Positions 60,178-64,000 of a stretch of 64,000 bases of DNA are shown piece by piece. The notes beneath the pieces are model-generated. The model saw only the letters and a list, made by a program, of their open reading frames with translations. It was not told where the DNA came from and ran no database searches. Position 1 is the stretch's first letter. The number at the start of each line of letters is the position of its first letter. This stretch comes from an uncultured Candidatus Rokubacteria bacterium (GTDB lineage Bacteria > Methylomirabilota > Methylomirabilia > Rokubacteriales > CSP1-6), in contig CAVVEU010000005.1 of assembly GCA_963747235.1 (NCBI GenBank), positions 32,001 through 96,000 of the forward strand, read 5' to 3'. The translations under genes and the position numbers were made by a program.

Positions 60178-61107
60178 GTGCGCGCCTACCTGCTGTCGCG
60201 ACTCGGGCAGACCGTGCTGGTCGTGTTCCTCTCGCTGACCGCCGTCTTCTTCCTGATGCGCCTGGGCGGGGACCCAGTCTTGTTATTCCTGCCCATGGAC
60301 ATCCAGGCCAAAGACCTCACCGAGTTCCGCCAGCGCCTGGGCTTCAACGATCCGGTGGCGGTCCAGTACGGTCGATTCATCAGTCGTGCGATCCGCGGCG
60401 ACTTCGGCGAATCCCTGCGCTACAAGCAGGACGCCCTCGGCCTCGTCCTGCAGCGCCTACCCGCCACCCTCTACCTGGCGCTCGCCGCGCTCGCCCTCAC
60501 CTTCCTGATCGCGGTGCCGGTGGGCGTGCTCTCGGCGGTCCGGCGCGGCTCGCTCTTCGACTTCTTCGGCATGGGCGCCGCGGTGCTGGGCCAGGCCGTC
60601 CCCGGCTTCTGGCTCGGCCTCATGCTGATCTACCTCTTCTCGGTCAAGCTCGGCTGGCTGCCCACCGGGGGCACCGGCGGCGCGCGCCACTTCGTGATGC
60701 CGTGCGTGGTGCTGGCCTCGTTCTACGCCGCGCGCATGGCGCGGCTCACCCGCTCCTCCGTGCTCGACACGCTCAACGAGGAGTTCGTGCTCACCGCGCG
60801 CGCCAAGGGCCTCGCCGAGTGGGTCGTCATCGCCAAGCACGCGCTCAAGAACTCGGCGATCCCGATCGTGACCCTCGCCGGCCTCGACACCGGCCAGCTC
60901 CTGGGCGGCGCGGTCATCACCGAGACCATCTTCGCCTGGCCCGGGCTCGGGCGGCTCACCGTGCAGGCTCTGCTCAATCGCGACTTCCCGGTGGTGCTCG
61001 CCGCGGTGTTCATCTTCTCGGTCACCTACACCCTGATCAATCTCGTGGTGGACCTGCTCTACGGCTGGCTCGATCCGCGCACCCGCACGCGGGCGGCCCG
61101 CGCGTGA
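60178..61107 (+). CDS. Peptide/nickel ABC permease, DppB/OppB-like
   Basis: GDFGES, RLPATL.LA, PGFWLG, TARAKGL, ITETIFAWPGLG, DLLYGWLDPR. Confidence 0.92.
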   Translation: MRAYLLSRLGQTVLVVFLSLTAVFFLMRLGGDPVLLFLPMDIQAKDLTEFRQRLGFNDPVAVQYGRFISRAIRGDFGESLRYKQDALGLVLQRLPATLYLALAALALTFLIAVPVGVLSAVRRGSLFDFFGMGAAVLGQAVPGFWLGLMLIYLFSVKLGWLPTGGTGGARHFVMPCVVLASFYAARMARLTRSSVLDTLNEEFVLTARAKGLAEWVVIAKHALKNSAIPIVTLAGLDTGQLLGGAVITETIFAWPGLGRLTVQALLNRDFPVVLAAVFIFSVTYTLINLVVDLLYGWLDPRTRTRAARA

Positions 61108-61126
61108 GCGCGCCCAGGCCGATACG

Positions 61127-61951
61127 ATGAAGACCTTCCTCCGGCGGCACGGCCGCGGCGTCCTCGGGCTCATCATCGCCGCGCTGGTGGTGGTGGCCGC
61201 GGTGGCGGCGCCGATCCTGGTCGCCCAGGATCCGTTGCAGAGCGACTTCGCGATCGGCCTCCAGCCGCCCGGCACGCCGGGCCACCCGCTCGGCACCGAC
61301 CAGCTCGGCCGCGATCTGCTCGCCCGCGTGCTCTACGGGGCGCGCGTGGCGCTCTTCATCGGGCTCTGCTGCGTCCTGCTCACCGCGGTGGTGGGCGGGC
61401 TCGCGGGCCTCCTCGCGGGCTACTACGAGGGCTGGCTCGGCGCGGTGGTCATGCGGGTGGCCGACGTGCAGCTCTCCTTTCCGTTCATCCTGCTCGCGCT
61501 GACCATCAACGCGATCGTGGGGCTCGGATTGCGCAACATCATCGTGAGTTTGTCAGTCGCGGGCTGGGTCGTGTATGCTCGCGTCGTCCGTGGGGAGGTC
61601 CTGTCGGTGAAGGAGCGCGAGTTCGTGCACGCGGCCCAGGCCCTGGGGCTCGGCCGGGCGCGGCTGCTCTTCCGGCACATCCTGCCCAATGTGGCGCCAT
61701 CCATCGTGATCGTGGGCAGTCTCCAGTTCGCCCAGTTCATCGTGGCCGAGGCCGCCATCTCGTTCCTGGGCTTCGGCGTGCAGCCGCCGACGCCGGCCTG
61801 GGGCAGCATGCTCTCGGAGAGCCGCGACTATCTCTACGTGGCCTGGTGGCTCGCCGCGTTCCCGGGCGCCGCGCTCGCGGTGACCGCGCTCGGCATCAAC
61901 CTGGTGGGCGACTGGCTGCGCGACGTGCTGGATCCGAAGTTCCGCGTCTGA
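61127..61951 (+). CDS. Peptide/nickel ABC permease, DppC/OppC-like
   Basis: HPLGTDQLGRD, YGAR, EFVHAA.ALG, RHILPN, PTPAWGSML, GDWLRDVLDP. Confidence 0.92.
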   Translation: MKTFLRRHGRGVLGLIIAALVVVAAVAAPILVAQDPLQSDFAIGLQPPGTPGHPLGTDQLGRDLLARVLYGARVALFIGLCCVLLTAVVGGLAGLLAGYYEGWLGAVVMRVADVQLSFPFILLALTINAIVGLGLRNIIVSLSVAGWVVYARVVRGEVLSVKEREFVHAAQALGLGRARLLFRHILPNVAPSIVIVGSLQFAQFIVAEAAISFLGFGVQPPTPAWGSMLSESRDYLYVAWWLAAFPGAALAVTALGINLVGDWLRDVLDPKFRV

Positions 61952-61976
61952 ACATCGAACCAACGAGGAGGCTGTC

Positions 61977-63503
61977 ATGAGGCGATTCACGACGCTACTG
62001 ACCGCGCTGGCCGTGCTGCTCGGCCTCGCGGCGTCCGCCCCCGCCCAGGATCGGGTCCAGGCCAAGGAGGTCGTGGTGGCCTTCGCGGCCGAGCCGCGCA
62101 CGCTCCTGCCCAACACGATCGTGGACTGGACCACCAACAACATGGTCGAGCACATGTACGACCGGCTGGTGGACCGCGATCCCAAGACCTACAAGCCGTC
62201 GCCGATGCTGGCCACCGGCTGGAAGGTGGTCAACGACACCACATGGGAGTTCGCCCTGCGCCGGAACGTGAAGTTCCACAACGGCGAGGTCTTCGACGCG
62301 CAGAGCGTGAAGGCCACCATGGACTACATCAAGGACCCCGCGAACAAGACCCACTACATGCCGCGCTGGGCCCTCGTGAAGGAAGTCCAGATCGTCAACG
62401 ACTACACCGTCCGCCTCGTCACCGAGAAGCCCTGGCCGGGCCTCATCGACCGCATCGCGGGCAGCGACTTCCTGCCGATGCCGCCCAAGGCCCTCAAGGA
62501 CCAGGGCGCGCAGGCCCTGGCCGCCAAGCCGATCGGCACCGGGGCCTTCCGGTTCGTGCAGTGGGCGCGCGACGAGAAGCTGGTGGTGGAGCGCAACCCG
62601 GACTACTGGCAGAGCCCGGCCGCGGCGAGCCGGGTGACCTTCCGGTTCATCCCCGAGTTCAGCGCCCGGCTCGCCGCGCTGCTGGCGGGCGAGATCGACA
62701 TCATGAAGGACGTGCCCCCCCAGAACGTGGAGATGCTCGAGAAGAGCGGCAAGGCGCGGCTGCGGGCCACCGTGTCCTCGCGCATCAACTACCTGGCGCT
62801 GGTGAACCTCAAGCCCGGGCCGATGCAGGACATCCGGGTGCGGAAGGCGATCAGCCACTCCGTGAACGTCGATGAGCTGATCCAGCAGGTGCTCAAGGGC
62901 CGGGCCACCAAGATGTGCGGCTCGCTCTCCCCGATCAACGTGGACTACTCGCCGAAGCCCCAGTGCTGGAAGTACGACCCGGCGCAGGCCCAGGCCCTCT
63001 TCAAGGAAGCGGGCGTGGACCCGACCAAGCTCCAGCTCACGCTGGACACGCCGTCGGGACGCTACCCGCTCGACAAGGACGTCTCGCTCGCCATCGCGGC
63101 CCAGCTCCAGCGCGTCGGTATCAAGACCAACGTGGTGGTGAACGAGTGGGGCACGCACCTCGACAAGATCAAGAACCGCACCACGGGCGACATGTTCTTC
63201 CTGGGCTGGGGGCCCGCCCTGGACGCGCAGAACACCATCGAGCAGCTCTTCCTGGGCAAGCAGACCTATTCGTCCTACGGCAACAACGAGGCGCTCGAAG
63301 CCAAGATCAACCAGGCGGTGACGATCGTGGATCCCAGGAAGCGGCTGGAGGCCTGGGCCGACATCCAGCAGATCGTGCGGGACGAGGCGCCGTGGGTCTT
63401 CCTCTGGCAGCAGCACGACCTCTACGGCGTGGCCAACTGGATCGAGTGGACGCCGCGCGCCGACGAGCGCATCTGGATGTACGAGGCGAAGCTCGCGCGG
63501 TAG
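61977..63503 (+). CDS. Peptide/nickel ABC substrate-binding protein (SBP family 5)
   Basis: Sec signal; LRRNVKFHNGE.F.A..VK, PIGTGAFRF, D.RVRKA. Confidence 0.92.
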   Translation: MRRFTTLLTALAVLLGLAASAPAQDRVQAKEVVVAFAAEPRTLLPNTIVDWTTNNMVEHMYDRLVDRDPKTYKPSPMLATGWKVVNDTTWEFALRRNVKFHNGEVFDAQSVKATMDYIKDPANKTHYMPRWALVKEVQIVNDYTVRLVTEKPWPGLIDRIAGSDFLPMPPKALKDQGAQALAAKPIGTGAFRFVQWARDEKLVVERNPDYWQSPAAASRVTFRFIPEFSARLAALLAGEIDIMKDVPPQNVEMLEKSGKARLRATVSSRINYLALVNLKPGPMQDIRVRKAISHSVNVDELIQQVLKGRATKMCGSLSPINVDYSPKPQCWKYDPAQAQALFKEAGVDPTKLQLTLDTPSGRYPLDKDVSLAIAAQLQRVGIKTNVVVNEWGTHLDKIKNRTTGDMFFLGWGPALDAQNTIEQLFLGKQTYSSYGNNEALEAKINQAVTIVDPRKRLEAWADIQQIVRDEAPWVFLWQQHDLYGVANWIEWTPRADERIWMYEAKLAR

Positions 63504-63522
63504 CCCCGCGCGGGTGATGGCG

Positions 63523-63551
63523 GCGAGCGCCGGGGGCGACCCGGCGCTCGC
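63523..63551. terminator. GC-rich hairpin between convergent genes (putative bidirectional terminator)
   Basis: GCGAGCGCCGGG-GGCGA-CCCGGCGCTCGC, a perfect 12-bp stem; no poly-U tail. Confidence 0.55.
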
Positions 63552-63569
63552 TGGACGCGCTCGGCCGCG

Positions 63570-63818
63570 TTACTTCTTGTCCATCTTCTCCATCTTGTCC
63601 TTGCCCATCATCTTGTCGTCCTTCATCATCTTGTCCTTCTTCATCTTCTCGTCCTTCATCATCTTGTCGTGCTTCATCTTGTCGTCCATCTTCATCTTGT
63701 CGTCCTTCATCATCTTCTCGTCCTTCATCATCTTGTCGCCGCTCGGCGTCTGCGCGTACCCAACCACGGGCACCGCCGCCACGAGCGCCACCGCCGCCAC
63801 CTGCATCCATCGCCGCAT
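63570..63818 (-). CDS. Small secreted Met/Lys/Asp-rich repeat protein (MXKDX-repeat-like)
   Basis: Signal peptide (GYA-Q), then DKMMKD-type units encoded by 15-18 nt tandem repeats; GGGAGG RBS. Confidence 0.88.
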   Translation of the reverse strand: MRRWMQVAAVALVAAVPVVGYAQTPSGDKMMKDEKMMKDDKMKMDDKMKHDKMMKDEKMKKDKMMKDDKMMGKDKMEKMDKK

Positions 63819-63907
63819 GAGAGGCCTCCCTCGCTGAGAGTGGGTGCTGCTGGCCTCGAGGGTAGGCGCCGGCGCGGACGGGATGTCACAGGCCCGTCAA
63901 ATCCTCG

Positions 63908-64000
63908 TCAACTCGGGCGGGGCGGCATCGCCGCCGGGGGCGCCGGCGTCTCTTCATCCAGGGCGTCGGGCGCCGGCTCCGGCAGCGCCTGCTCGGCCTC
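63908..64000 (-). CDS. Possible 3' end of a gene extending beyond the window
   Basis: Open frame EAEQALPEPAPDALDEETPAPPAAMPPRPS* from the window edge; no motif. Confidence 0.3.
   Translation of the reverse strand, partial: EAEQALPEPAPDALDEETPAPPAAMPPRPS

Noticed and set aside
1-64000. Programmed ribosomal frameshifting at the many frame breaks; also tRNA, rRNA, IS or prophage genes
   Set aside because: The breaks lack shared slippery sites and hit ordinary enzymes, which fits sequencing error. No RNA gene, transposase, integrase or phage gene was recognisable by eye.

Overview
A very GC-rich, gene-dense bacterial window with about 55 CDS. I found no rRNA, tRNA, CRISPR array or intact mobile element. 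Gene content (Liv/Dpp ABC systems, an ABC_sub_bind-type binding protein, LLM oxidoreductase, CoA-dependent catabolism, hybrid kinases) suggests a soil heterotroph such as Candidatus Rokubacteria; this is an inference, not verified. Many genes carry 1-nt frameshifts, most likely long-read indel errors, so several ORF-track entries are chimeric or shadow ORFs. Main blocks: (1) 2-hydroxyisobutyrate-CoA ligase-like gene plus an HcmA-type B12 mutase large subunit (Ile/Asp signature), coupled to an epoxide hydrolase, a metallophosphoesterase and a CHASE2 class III cyclase lacking the canonical adenine-selecting Lys. (2) hemE-hemH-hemY. (3) A ~15 kb catabolic cluster: citrate synthase family, aconitase, PrpF, acyl-CoA dehydrogenase, enoyl-CoA hydratase, two catalytic-domain-only MetE-like Zn enzymes, a Liv-type ABC importer and an SCP2-like/hydrolase pair. 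(4) A FecR-domain protein with a Gly-rich repeat tail and a GAF hybrid kinase, behind a sigma54-type promoter. (5) A CoA-transferase/hydratase/dehydrogenase/HMG-CoA-lyase-family module flanked by two DUF169 genes. (6) A DUF2235 gene with a gutted PG-binding/CHAP-like relic. (7) A secreted protein made of two copies of an unrecognised 81-aa repeat, plus nbaC, MaoC pair, benE, a peptide ABC transporter and a Met-rich repeat protein. Non-coding signals include BoxC-like palindromes at gene junctions and compact bidirectional, apparently leaderless -10 promoters.
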